Shown: piece by piece, positions 31,514 through 42,800 of the stretch
Position numbering within the stretch: position 1 is the first letter of the stretch
Layout of the letters: every line of letters starts with the position of its first letter
NCBI GenBank assembly: GCA_902770045.1
Contig: CACXRO010000001.1
Span: 46,304 to 110,303 of the forward strand
Direction of reading: 5' to 3'
Origin: an uncultured bacterium
GTDB lineage: Bacteria > Verrucomicrobiota > Kiritimatiellia > RFP12 > UBA1067
Length of the DNA: 64,000 bases
Notes under the pieces: generated by a model
Databases searched by the model: none
What the model saw: the letters and a program-made list of their open reading frames with translations, nothing else
What the model was told of the DNA's origin: nothing
Translations under genes and position numbers: made by a program

Positions 31514-31825
31514 TCAATGGCCGGCGCGGTCGTCGGTCTTCTCGGGGAAGGACACCTTCACCCCGGCCTCGTCGATCGCGTAGCGGATGTTCGCCTGGGC
31601 GATCTTCATCGAGTCGTACTTGAGCGTCAGCGTCTTCGCGGCCATGTCCCAGACATAGGAGTCCTTCAGCACCCCCTGGTACTTCGCGAGCGACTCCGCC
31701 ACCTTCGCGCGGTCCGCCTCCTTGAGCTCCGGCATCAGCACCGTCATCTCGCGCACGTCCTCGCGGCGGCAGCCGCCGAGGGCGGCCAGCGCGGCGAACA
31801 GTGCCAGCACAATCGCACTTCTCAT
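31514..31825 (-). CDS. Small lipoprotein, HMA-like fold
   Basis: Lipobox LGGC; TLTLKYDS..IDEAG. Confidence 0.6.
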   Translation of the reverse strand: MRSAIVLALFAALAALGGCRREDVREMTVLMPELKEADRAKVAESLAKYQGVLKDSYVWDMAAKTLTLKYDSMKIAQANIRYAIDEAGVKVSFPEKTDDRAGH

Positions 31826-31845
31826 CTTTCTGCTCCCTTCTGTGT

Positions 31846-33030
31846 TCAGGAATAGGTGGTTACGTCGCTGCCCGGGCCGAACGGCGACAGCTCCCTGAGG
31901 CCGCGGATCACCGGACCGATGTGACTGAGCGCGTAGTCGATGTCCTCGTCGGTGGTGTAGCGCGAGAGCGAGAACCTGACCGAGCCGTGGACCGCGGTGA
32001 ACGGCACGCCCATCGCGCGGATGACGTGGCTCGGGTCGAGCGAACCGCTCGCGCAGGCGGACCCGGTCGAGATGCAGATGCCGAGGTCGCTCAGGCGGTA
32101 GGCGATCGCCTCGCCCTCGACATACTCGAAGCTCACGTTGAGCGTGTTCGGGAGCCGACGCGACCTGTCGCCGTTGACGCGCACGTCCGGGCAGGTGGCG
32201 AGGATGCCCTGCTCAAGCCGGTCGCGGAGCCGCCCGAGGCGCTCGCCTTCCGCGGCCATGCCAAGCCGCGCCATCTCGCACGCCTTGGCGAGGCCCATGA
32301 TGTAGGGGACGTTCTCCGTGCCGGCGCGGCGGCCGCGCTCCTGGTGGCCGCCGAGCATGAACGGCTTCGCCTTCGTTCCGCCGCGGATGTACATGATGCC
32401 AATCCCCTTCGGCGCGTGGAACTTGTGGCCGGACATCGAAAGCATGTCCACCGGCACCTTCCTGACGTCCACCGGAATCTTGCCCGCCACCTGCACCGCG
32501 TCGGTGTGGAGGATCGCCCCGTGCTCGCGGCAGATCTGGGCGATCTCCTCCATCGGAAATACTACGCCAGTCTCGTTGTTCGCCCACATCACGGAGACGA
32601 GCTTCGGTCCCTTGGACGCGAGCTCGCGGCGGAGAGCGTCGAGGTCGAGGTTGCCGAGGCCGTCCACGCCCAGCTCCACCGTCTCGTGGCCGAGCGCCTT
32701 CAATCGACGCACCGGCTGGAGCACGGCTGGGTGCTCAACCGCCGTGGTAATCACCTTGAGCTCGCGGCCGAACCAGTCCGCCGCGCCGCGGATCGCCGCG
32801 TTGTCCGACTCGGTTGCGCAGCCGGTGAAGACCACTTCGTCCGGGTCGGCGTTCAAGAACCTCGCCACCTCCTCGCGCGCGCGCTTGACGAAGCGCGCCA
32901 CCTTTCCGCCGAAGGCGTGCATCGAGCTGGGATTGCCGTAGAGATCGCAGAAAAACGGCAGCATCACGTCCCGCACCTCGGGCGCGACCCGGGTGGTGGC
33001 GTTGTTGTCGAGATATACCGTCCGTTCCAT
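31846..33030 (-). CDS. nifS: Cysteine desulfurase (NifS/IscS)
   Basis: YLDNNATT, SGHKFH, STGSACAS. Confidence 0.9.
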   Translation of the reverse strand: MERTVYLDNNATTRVAPEVRDVMLPFFCDLYGNPSSMHAFGGKVARFVKRAREEVARFLNADPDEVVFTGCATESDNAAIRGAADWFGRELKVITTAVEHPAVLQPVRRLKALGHETVELGVDGLGNLDLDALRRELASKGPKLVSVMWANNETGVVFPMEEIAQICREHGAILHTDAVQVAGKIPVDVRKVPVDMLSMSGHKFHAPKGIGIMYIRGGTKAKPFMLGGHQERGRRAGTENVPYIMGLAKACEMARLGMAAEGERLGRLRDRLEQGILATCPDVRVNGDRSRRLPNTLNVSFEYVEGEAIAYRLSDLGICISTGSACASGSLDPSHVIRAMGVPFTAVHGSVRFSLSRYTTDEDIDYALSHIGPVIRGLRELSPFGPGSDVTTYS

Positions 33031-33039
33031 AGGTTGCGT

Positions 33040-33086
33040 ATTATACCAAATATCGGCACACCGCTGACGCGGCAATTTGGTATAAT
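33040..33086. promoter_or_regulatory. Divergent pair of TGGTATAAT extended -10 promoters
   Basis: ATTATACCA 33040-33048 (minus) and TGGTATAAT 33078-33086 (plus). Confidence 0.8.
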
Positions 33087-33103
33087 ATGCGACGGAGGCG
33101 GAC

Positions 33104-34465
33104 ATGGACACAACGAGCGATACAATCGGACGCGCGCTTGCGCGAGCAGTAGACACCAGGGCCTGCGTCATCGGCGACGGCGCGGTCGCGCAGGCGGCAG
33201 ACCTCTTCAGGTCGCAGTTCCCGGGGGCGCGGCGGGCGATGCTCGTCTTCGACCCGCGCACCAGGGCGGCGGCCGGGGTGAGGACGGCGCAGCTGCTCGC
33301 GGACGCGGAAATCGCCGTCGACACGCACGTCATCGAGCCCGGTGGCGCCACCTTCCACGCCGACTACCGCTATGTAGACGAGGTGCGCGGGGCGGTCAAG
33401 GCGACCTGCGAAGCCCATCCGGACGACGGGACGGTGCCGGTGGCGGTCGGCTCGGGCGTGGTCAACGACCTCGTCAAGCTCGCGTCGGGCGAGCTCGGGC
33501 GGCCCTACATGGTCGTCGCGACCGCGGCGAGCGTGGACGGCTACTCCAGCTTCGGCGCGGCAATCCGCAGCCCCGAGGGCGCGAAGAAGACCTATCCCTG
33601 CCCGGCGCCGCGGGCGATCCTCGCCGACCTCGACGTGATGCGCACAGCTCCGGCGTGGATGGCGGCGAGCGGCTTCGCCGACCTGATGGCGAAAGTGCCG
33701 GCGGGGGCGGACTGGATCCTCGCCTACGAGTTCGGCGCGGCGGAATGGCACGACTCGGCGTGGCACACGGTGCAGGACGGCCTCAAGGATGCGATCGGCG
33801 ACCCGGAAGGCGTCGCGGCGATGGCCACAGGTCCGCTCACGCGCCTGGTCGAGGGGCTGATGCTCGGCGGCTTTGCGATGCAGGATATGCAGAGCTCGCG
33901 TCCCGCCTCTGGCGCGGAGCACCTCTTCAGCCACCTGCTGGAGATGCGCGACCACACCTTCAGGGGCGAAATCGTCCCCCACGGCATCCAGGTCGGCGTC
34001 TTCACCCTCTTCATGTCCCGCGTCTACGAGCAGATCCTCGCCTTCGACTACTCCGCGCTCGACGTGGAGAGGTGCCTGGCGAACTGGCGTCCGCTCGCGG
34101 AGCAGGAGCGGCTCGCCGCCGCGGCGTTCGCAGGCACGAAATTCCCGGATCTCGGCGTCAAGGCGGTGCGCGCGAAGTTCGCCGACCGAGAGGAGACGCG
34201 GCGGCGGCTCGAGGGTTTCAGGCGCCGATGGCCGGAGATCCGCGCGCGGCTTGCCGACCAGCTCGTCCCCGCCGCAGAGATCGAGCGCCGGCTGCGGGTG
34301 GTCGGCGCGCCGGCGACGCCGGAGGAGATCGGCTCCACCGTCGCCGCGTCGCTCGCCGACGTGCGCCGGACCATCTACATGCGCGACCGCTACATGGCGC
34401 TCGACTTCCTCGACCTCACCGGACAGCTCGACGACTTCGCCGCCCGCGCGTTCCTTCCCCGCTGA
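33104..34465 (+). CDS. sn-glycerol-1-phosphate dehydrogenase (AraM/EgsA-like)
   Basis: GSGVVNDLVK, SVDGY, ASGAEHLFSH, HGIQVG. Confidence 0.88.
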   Translation: MDTTSDTIGRALARAVDTRACVIGDGAVAQAADLFRSQFPGARRAMLVFDPRTRAAAGVRTAQLLADAEIAVDTHVIEPGGATFHADYRYVDEVRGAVKATCEAHPDDGTVPVAVGSGVVNDLVKLASGELGRPYMVVATAASVDGYSSFGAAIRSPEGAKKTYPCPAPRAILADLDVMRTAPAWMAASGFADLMAKVPAGADWILAYEFGAAEWHDSAWHTVQDGLKDAIGDPEGVAAMATGPLTRLVEGLMLGGFAMQDMQSSRPASGAEHLFSHLLEMRDHTFRGEIVPHGIQVGVFTLFMSRVYEQILAFDYSALDVERCLANWRPLAEQERLAAAAFAGTKFPDLGVKAVRAKFADREETRRRLEGFRRRWPEIRARLADQLVPAAEIERRLRVVGAPATPEEIGSTVAASLADVRRTIYMRDRYMALDFLDLTGQLDDFAARAFLPR

Positions 34466-34470
34466 TCAGG

Positions 34471-34554
34471 CTATCTCTCGTGCTTCTTGGTCGGGCTGTG
34501 GGGGCAGCCAAAGCCGGTGGAGGTGGAGCCGCAGTATCTGCATTGAGTGCTCAT
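34471..34554 (-). CDS. 27-aa Cys/His microprotein MSTQCRYCGSTSTGFGCPHSPTKKHER
   Basis: AAGGAGG RBS upstream of ATG; fills the gap after tonB. Confidence 0.7.
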   Translation of the reverse strand: MSTQCRYCGSTSTGFGCPHSPTKKHER

Positions 34555-34579
34555 GGTTCCTCCTTCATGTTGATTGATG

Positions 34580-35251
34580 TTACTTCAGGCGAAAGACGAG
34601 CTTGATGCGGGCGGACGACTCGACCGGCGAGCCGCCGGATTGGGCTGGAGTGAACTCCGCCGCCTTCACCGCGCGCACCGCGGCGGCGTCCAGCTCCGGA
34701 TGGCCGGAGGACACCGCCACCGCCACGGACGAGACGCGGCCCGCCGCGTCCACCGTCAGCTCCAGCGTCGTCTCGCCTTCGATGCCGCGGCGCCTGGCCT
34801 CGGCCGGGTAGTCGGGACGGATCGTGCGGCGCGGACGCGGCGGCGCGTCGACCTTCGCCTGCCGCGGCGCGGCGGCTGGCGCCGGCGCGGACTCGGCCGC
34901 CGGCTGCTCCGGCCGCGGCTCCTCGACCTTGGCCGCCTCCGGCAGCGGACGCACCTCGGTCACCGGCTCGGCAAACGCGACGGCGTCCGGCTCGACCGCC
35001 TCCAGCTCCGGCTTCTCCTCCGGCGGCGGCAGCTCCTTGGGGCGCTCGGGCTGGGACGGCGGCGCGGGCGGCGGCGTGGGCGCGGCGGCGGCGGAGTCGT
35101 CCTCTTCCTCCGCGAACGACAGCTCCACGCTCGACAGGTCCAGGCGCGCAAGCTCGCGGTCGCCGGAAGCGCCGAGCCACCAGGCGAGCGCCAGCGCGAG
35201 CACGGCGTGGGCGGCCAGCGAGGCGGCGATGGCGGCGAGGAAGCGCATCAC
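34580..35251 (-). CDS. tonB: TonB family energy transducer
   Basis: SLAAH TM, Pro-rich linker, YPAEARRRGIEG. Confidence 0.9.
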   Translation of the reverse strand: MMRFLAAIAASLAAHAVLALALAWWLGASGDRELARLDLSSVELSFAEEEDDSAAAAPTPPPAPPSQPERPKELPPPEEKPELEAVEPDAVAFAEPVTEVRPLPEAAKVEEPRPEQPAAESAPAPAAAPRQAKVDAPPRPRRTIRPDYPAEARRRGIEGETTLELTVDAAGRVSSVAVAVSSGHPELDAAAVRAVKAAEFTPAQSGGSPVESSARIKLVFRLK

Positions 35252-35646
35252 TCCCCCTTCACCTGGAAGCTCGCCTTCTCCACCCCGGCTGCCTTCAGGT
35301 CGGCGACAAGACCGATGCCGGCGCCAAGCGACGCCTTGCGGTCGCCGGAGACGAGCACCGGCAGGTTTACCTTCGCGTCGTGGAGCGCCTTCACCCTCCG
35401 CACGATCTCCTCGCGGTCAAGGTCGAGGCCGTTGAGCTGCATCGTGTCGTCGGCGCGGATGGTGATCACAATCCGCTCGCCCTTCTCGCGCGCGCCGGCG
35501 GCGGAGGGCAGATCGACCTTGAGGCCGCGGTGCACCGCCATGTCGAAAATGCAGTAGATGAAGAACACCAGCACCAGGAACATGACGTCCATCAGCGACG
35601 TCAGCTCCAGCCTCGGCGGTCTCGTCTTCCTGCCCATTGCGTCCAT
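35248..35646 (-). CDS. exbD: ExbD family protein
   Basis: LMDVMFLVLVFF, VDLP. Confidence 0.9.
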   Translation of the reverse strand: MDAMGRKTRPPRLELTSLMDVMFLVLVFFIYCIFDMAVHRGLKVDLPSAAGAREKGERIVITIRADDTMQLNGLDLDREEIVRRVKALHDAKVNLPVLVSGDRKASLGAGIGLVADLKAAGVEKASFQVKGE

Positions 35647-35649
35647 CCC

Positions 35650-37230
35650 CTATTTCCAGACCCCGAGCGAAAGATACGGCAGCACCTGCTTCTCCAGGGT
35701 GACGTCGAGGTCGAAGAGCGCGTTGCCGGCGAAGCCGAACTTGCGGGTGAGGTTGATCTGGTCGATCACCTGCCGCGCGTCGAGCCGCGACTCGTTCGCC
35801 GTCACCCCGATGCCGACGATTGTCCGCCGCGCCCGCGACTTCTTCGACGCCTGCTGGACCAGCAGCTCGGTTAACTTCAGCGTTGACTCGGTGTAGTCCA
35901 TCGGCGCGACATAGTCCACCACCCCGGCGTCGAGCCACGCCGTCCAGTCCTGCCCGACCGACGCCACGCACTTCGGGTAGCTGCCGTAGACCGCCGCGGT
36001 CAGCCACTTCGGACGCGGCGCGCGCCGCCGCGCGTCGGCCACGAACCGGGTGACATGTGCCGCCGCGTCCGCCGGGCGCACCGTCCCCTCGCCCCAGCGC
36101 ACGAAGTCGAGGTGGACGCCGGCGACGGCGTAGCGGGACGACATCTCGGCCACCGCCGCGAGCAGGTACTCGCGCACCGCCGGGTTGGCCGGGTCGAGGA
36201 ACTCCGAAAAGCCGCCGCCGGTCTTCTTCAGCAGCCACCCGCGCCGGCGGAACGCCTCGACGCGATCCGGCGTCGCGCGGGACGAGGTGAACGCGAGCAG
36301 CCAGGCGTGGACCCGTATCCCGGACCCCTTCGCCGCCGCGACGCACGCGGCGAGCTGGTCGCCCTCCTGCTCGAACGTCTTCGAGCGCGGCAGCACCGTG
36401 GACGGATAGTGGGCGAAGCCGGCGCCGGCAACGTTCACGAAGATGTCGGTCACCTTGGCGGACTTGAGGAGCGCAATCGTCTTCGGCCAGTTGCCGGGAT
36501 AAAGCCCGCAGCCGCTGTGGTCCCACACCGCCCGGATCTCGCCCTGACGCGACACCTGCCGCGCGGCATACGAGCGCAGCTCCCGCGCCTTCGCCTCGAC
36601 CCGCGCCTGGTGCGCGGCATAGCTCCAGCGCTTCGGCTCCACCGAGCCGACCAGTGCCCCGACGAGCTGCGCCTTGAGGTCCTCGTCGCCGTCGGCGGAG
36701 AGGATGTGGGTCATCCAGTAGCCGCCGCCGGTGGCGATCCACGCCGGCTCGCCGGTGGCGCGGCCGCGGCGGTCGGTCCAGGTGGCGAGCACCCGCCCCT
36801 TGCCGGGCTTGGGCGCGGCACGGAGGAGCACCGAGGACGTCTGGCGGATCGCCGACGGCAGTCCTTCGGGAACGCGCGAGACGAAGTCCATGCGGCTCCA
36901 CGCGCCCGGATACGGCGCGGCGGCGTAGCCGTTCTGCTTCACGTCCATCAGGTCTGCGAGCGCTGTCGAGGCGGAATGGAACACCACCAGCTTGCCGCCG
37001 CGCGCGCGGAACGACTTGAGCGCGCGCATTTCGTCCGCCGAAGGATTGCTTAGCCCGACAAGGAAGGCGACCTTCTCCTGCGCGAGCTGAGTCACCATCT
37101 GCGCCGGCGCGACTGTCCGCACCGGGATCTTCTCGCCCTCGAGCCAGCGCCTCAGGTGTCCGGCAAGCGAGGCGTCGTAGCCGGTCGGCTGCGACACCAC
37201 TGCAACGGCCAGCAACAACGAACTAAGCAA
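35650..37230 (-). CDS. Glycosyl hydrolase-like 10 (GHL10) protein
   Basis: EIRAVW, LDPANP, GVHLDFVR, GQDW, PMDY. Confidence 0.8.
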   Translation of the reverse strand: MLSSLLLAVAVVSQPTGYDASLAGHLRRWLEGEKIPVRTVAPAQMVTQLAQEKVAFLVGLSNPSADEMRALKSFRARGGKLVVFHSASTALADLMDVKQNGYAAAPYPGAWSRMDFVSRVPEGLPSAIRQTSSVLLRAAPKPGKGRVLATWTDRRGRATGEPAWIATGGGYWMTHILSADGDEDLKAQLVGALVGSVEPKRWSYAAHQARVEAKARELRSYAARQVSRQGEIRAVWDHSGCGLYPGNWPKTIALLKSAKVTDIFVNVAGAGFAHYPSTVLPRSKTFEQEGDQLAACVAAAKGSGIRVHAWLLAFTSSRATPDRVEAFRRRGWLLKKTGGGFSEFLDPANPAVREYLLAAVAEMSSRYAVAGVHLDFVRWGEGTVRPADAAAHVTRFVADARRRAPRPKWLTAAVYGSYPKCVASVGQDWTAWLDAGVVDYVAPMDYTESTLKLTELLVQQASKKSRARRTIVGIGVTANESRLDARQVIDQINLTRKFGFAGNALFDLDVTLEKQVLPYLSLGVWK

Positions 37231-37909
37231 GGTCGGGCCTCCTTTGCGCCGTGAGGCGACGCGACTGGGCCGCGCGCCAGGCTTCGATCTTGGCGTGGTC
37301 GCCGGAGAGCAGAACTTCAGGGACCTTCATGCCCCGGAAATCCGGCGGCTGGGTGTACTGCGGAGACTCGAGCATTCCGCCGCGGCCGAAACTTTCCTCG
37401 GCCGTCGCCGCGGCGCCGCCGCCGAGCACGCCCGGAACCAGGCGCACCGCCGCGTCGGCCATCGCCGCCGCCGCGATCTCGCCGCCGGTCATCACGAAGT
37501 CGCCGACCGAGAAGATGTCGGTCGCCAGCGTCTCGATGCGCGCGTCGAAGCCCTCGTAGTGCCCGCACATGAAGACCACATGACCCGCCGCGGCGAGTGA
37601 GCGAGCGTCGGCCTGGGAGAACGGACGCCCGGCAGGCGAGGTCATCACCACCCGCGGGCGCACGCCTTCCGGCGCTGCGGCAAGGCGGGACTCCACCGCG
37701 GCAAACCAGGGCTCGCAGCGCATCAGCATCCCGGGGCCGCCGCCGTAGGGGCGCTCGTCGGTCTTGCGCCAGCGGCCGACGCCGAAGTCGCGGAGGTCGA
37801 CGACGTTGACCTCGCACAGACCCTTCTTCACGGCGCGCGCGACAATGGACTCCGTCAGGAATCCACTGAACATCCCCGGCTGGACGCTGATGATGTCGAT
37901 CCTGAGCAT
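37223..37909 (-). CDS. trmD: tRNA (guanine-N1)-methyltransferase
   Basis: PYGGGPGM, CGHYEGFD, GDFVMTGGE. Confidence 0.96.
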   Translation of the reverse strand: MLRIDIISVQPGMFSGFLTESIVARAVKKGLCEVNVVDLRDFGVGRWRKTDERPYGGGPGMLMRCEPWFAAVESRLAAAPEGVRPRVVMTSPAGRPFSQADARSLAAAGHVVFMCGHYEGFDARIETLATDIFSVGDFVMTGGEIAAAAMADAAVRLVPGVLGGGAAATAEESFGRGGMLESPQYTQPPDFRGMKVPEVLLSGDHAKIEAWRAAQSRRLTAQRRPDLA

Positions 37910-37926
37910 TGGCGCCCCGCGGAATC

Positions 37927-38331
37927 CTACCCCTTCACCTTGAAGCCGGTGCCGACGAACTGGGCGACGTCGCGCCCGGCGTCGTCGGAGACGTCGACCA
38001 CCACCACGCAGGAGGTGCGCCCGTCCTTGCGCCAGCGGGACTTCGCCACCAGCCGCTCGCCCTTCGGCGCGGCGAGGTAGTTGACGCTGACCTGCTGGGC
38101 CACGGTGATCCGCTCGCGGTCGTTGGTGAGCGTGGCGAACGCGAAGTCGGCGAGGGTGAAGATCGCCCCGCCCATCACGCCGCCGTAGGCGTTGCGGTGC
38201 CGCGGCGAAAGCGTCATGCTGCAGACGGAATGCTCCGCGTCCAGCTCGTCGATCGCCATCCCGTTCTCGGTCGCGAACCTGTCGTTGGAAAAGTACTCCC
38301 TCGCCTCCTCTATGTCCTTGAATCCGCCCAT
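37927..38331 (-). CDS. PaaI family thioesterase
   Basis: HRNAYGGVMGGAIFTLAD. Confidence 0.88.
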   Translation of the reverse strand: MGGFKDIEEAREYFSNDRFATENGMAIDELDAEHSVCSMTLSPRHRNAYGGVMGGAIFTLADFAFATLTNDRERITVAQQVSVNYLAAPKGERLVAKSRWRKDGRTSCVVVVDVSDDAGRDVAQFVGTGFKVKG

Positions 38332-38367
38332 GCGGCCTCCTTTCGGAGGTGTATTATACCAAATTGG

Positions 38368-40443
<2,076 letters not shown>

Positions 40444-40483
40444 GGTTGTCTCCTTTTTTTAAATGCTGTCTGCCAAGAAGCAT

Positions 40484-40499
40484 AGCAGAGCGCGTGCCA
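40484..40499 (-). promoter_or_regulatory. Sigma-54 -24/-12 promoter for clpB
   Basis: TGGCACGCGCTCTGCT, GG-N10-GC spacing. Confidence 0.65.
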
Positions 40500-40601
40500 C
40501 CGCGCGACGGCGCGGCGGCAGCCCGCCGACTGCGACATTTTGGCCCGACCGCGACTTTTCGCCCCGCAGCGTCGCGCACCGGCGCGCGGGGTGGACGCGC
40601 A

Positions 40602-42176
40602 TCAGCGCCCCGGCGCCTTGCCGACGATGACGGCGCCGGTGAACTCCATCACGCCGCCGCGCTTCGGACGGGCGAGGGCCTTCAGCTGCTCGAGCCCGCG
40701 GCGAAAGCCGTCGTCGTCCGCGGCGGACATGGAGATGCGGTCGAACTCGAGGTCGAGGCGGTAGGAGCCCTTCTCCATCGACGCGTCGCGCGTGGCGAAG
40801 ACGCGGCGGAAAGAGTCCCGCCTGTCGTTAAGGTCGAACTGGAGGACGCTGAAGTTGAGCGGATTGTCGAGCATCTTCGCAAAGTCGAGCCGCTTGCCGT
40901 TCTCGGACTTGAGCGACTCGTAGCGCGCACCGGGCAGCAGGTCCGGCACCGGCTTGAAAAGCGGGCCGAGCGGCGCGGCGTTGACGCCGCGGCGGACGAG
41001 GTCGTCGCGGATCTTCTGCATCCTGGCCATGAAGGCCGGGATGTCTTTCGCAGGGCCGTTCCTGAGCACGTCCGCGAGCGCCGCAAGACGCGGCCAGGTG
41101 CGCCAGTCGGCCGCCTTCTGGTCGGTGACAAGCTCGGTCCACAGGTTCCCCTGTCCGCCCAGGATGTGCTTGCGGCAGTCCTCCGGCACGCCTGCGCACG
41201 GATCGAAGCGGGCGATCTTGGCGACGGTGAGGAGGACTCCAAACGGCTGGTACTCCTCCGGATCGCCCTCGAGCCCCTGCACGTAGTCGAGGTAGCAGAA
41301 GGTGTCGGGGCTCATCACCACGTCGAAGCCCTTCTTCGCCGCGGCGACGCCGTAGGACGCCCCGCGGTAGCTCTGGATGATGACGCTCCGCGGCAGATCG
41401 TCCCAGGTCGCGAGCTCGTCCCAGCCCATCAGCCGGCGGCCCTTCTTCGCGAGGTAGTCCGCGAAGCGCTTCGTCGCCCAGCCCTGGAGGTCGTGGGAGC
41501 TCTTGAGCCCCAGTTCCTTGATGCGCGACTGGCAGTCGGGGCACTTCTTCCAGTTCGAACCCGAGCACTCGTCGCCGCCGATGTGAATCACCTCGCCCGG
41601 GAAGAGCTCCGCCACCTCGTCCAGGATGTTCTCATACATCTCGAACGTCGATTCCTTGCCGAGGCAGAGTTCGCTGCAGTTCCCGATGCCGGTGCAGCCG
41701 AGCTCCGGATAGGCGGAGATGGCGGCTCCGGAATGTCCGGGGATGTCTATCTCGGGCACGATGCGGATGCCGCGCGCGGCGGCGTAGCGGACGATGTCGC
41801 GCACCTGGTCCTTGGTGTAGAAGTACGGGCCGTAGTCGCCGTCCACCACGTCGAGGAACATCGTCGAAGAGCGCTTCGAGGACGCCTTGCGGACGGAGCC
41901 GACCGAGGTGAGCTTCGGATAGCGGTCGATCGCGAGCCGCCAGCCGTTGTGGTCCGTGAGATGCCAGTGGAAGACGTTGAGGCCGTGCTCGTGCATGAGG
42001 TCGAGCGTCCGTTTTACCTCGTCCGCCGTGAAGAAGTGGCGGCTGACGTCGAGCATGTAGCCGCGCCAGGCGTACTTCGGGGACTTCTCCGCCGGCCCGC
42101 AGCTCCTGCACGCCGTGAACGCCAACACCCCCGCGACCCCGCACAACGCGAGCGCGGCAAACAGCATCTTTCTCAT
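40602..42176 (-). CDS. GH20 beta-N-acetylhexosaminidase
   Basis: WRGYMLDVSRHF, HWHLTD, EIDIPGH, HIGGDE. Confidence 0.93.
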   Translation of the reverse strand: MRKMLFAALALCGVAGVLAFTACRSCGPAEKSPKYAWRGYMLDVSRHFFTADEVKRTLDLMHEHGLNVFHWHLTDHNGWRLAIDRYPKLTSVGSVRKASSKRSSTMFLDVVDGDYGPYFYTKDQVRDIVRYAAARGIRIVPEIDIPGHSGAAISAYPELGCTGIGNCSELCLGKESTFEMYENILDEVAELFPGEVIHIGGDECSGSNWKKCPDCQSRIKELGLKSSHDLQGWATKRFADYLAKKGRRLMGWDELATWDDLPRSVIIQSYRGASYGVAAAKKGFDVVMSPDTFCYLDYVQGLEGDPEEYQPFGVLLTVAKIARFDPCAGVPEDCRKHILGGQGNLWTELVTDQKAADWRTWPRLAALADVLRNGPAKDIPAFMARMQKIRDDLVRRGVNAAPLGPLFKPVPDLLPGARYESLKSENGKRLDFAKMLDNPLNFSVLQFDLNDRRDSFRRVFATRDASMEKGSYRLDLEFDRISMSAADDDGFRRGLEQLKALARPKRGGVMEFTGAVIVGKAPGR

Positions 42177-42264
42177 ATCTGGGCTCCTCTTGGGCATATG
42201 GGATTGATTTTTGGCGGAATTATACCATATTCCGCCCCGCCTGTGTGGCGAGTATCTGTTGTGA

Positions 42265-42758
42265 GATTACGGTGCGGACGAAATCAAACTGCCGCGCAAG
42301 GTGCCGCGTGGGTCTGTCCCCGCGCCCCTTATGTAGCTCCGACAATGCGGTTGTCGGCGCAATACGAGCGCACCTGACGGGGAGTTATTCCCCATCTGGC
42401 TGCAATCTCATCTATCGTCAGAAAATCCATCAACAAGCCTCCTTCGTGTTCTGCGGAAGTTTATCTCCCTCAATAGGAAGCATATCCAATGGCAAACCGC
42501 ACCCTGTTTTGCCAATATAAACTTCCGGCACGCCCATATATTCCGTTTTTCACCTCCATTTGAAAGCTTTGATGCGTATTATACCACATTTTCGGTCCAA
42601 ACTGCCGCGCAAACTGCCGCGCAGACTGCCGCGGTGTCTGTCCCCGGCGCCGTTTCCGAATCAAGTGGTAGATTCCATTTTTTGGTGGACATCCGCCTAA
42701 AAATGGAATGACCGGCTCTCGAGCTTCTCCTCGCAAACTGCCGCGCAATGTGCCACGG
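42265..42758. repeat. Repeat-delimited junction: 21-bp motif copy 2, AAACTGCCGCGC-type 12-mer clusters, degenerate GGGTCTGTCCCC palindromes
   Basis: Modules at 42265-42321, 42599-42645, 42735-42758. Confidence 0.85.
42329..42430 (-). pseudogene. 33-aa truncated excisionase-like HTH
   Basis: AAGGAGG RBS; MDFLTIDEIAARWGITPRQVRSYCADNRIVGAT*. Confidence 0.65.
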
Positions 42759-42800
42759 ACAGGACGGCCTGAATTTGCAATTTGCAAAAAATGCACATTG

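Noticed and set aside
33104-34465. G1P dehydrogenase as a sign of archaeal-type lipids
   Set aside because: AraM-like enzymes are common in bacteria and no GGGP synthase is nearby.
42265-42758. Possible CRISPR array
   Set aside because: Repeats are 12 bp and tandem, spacing is irregular, and no cas genes are present.
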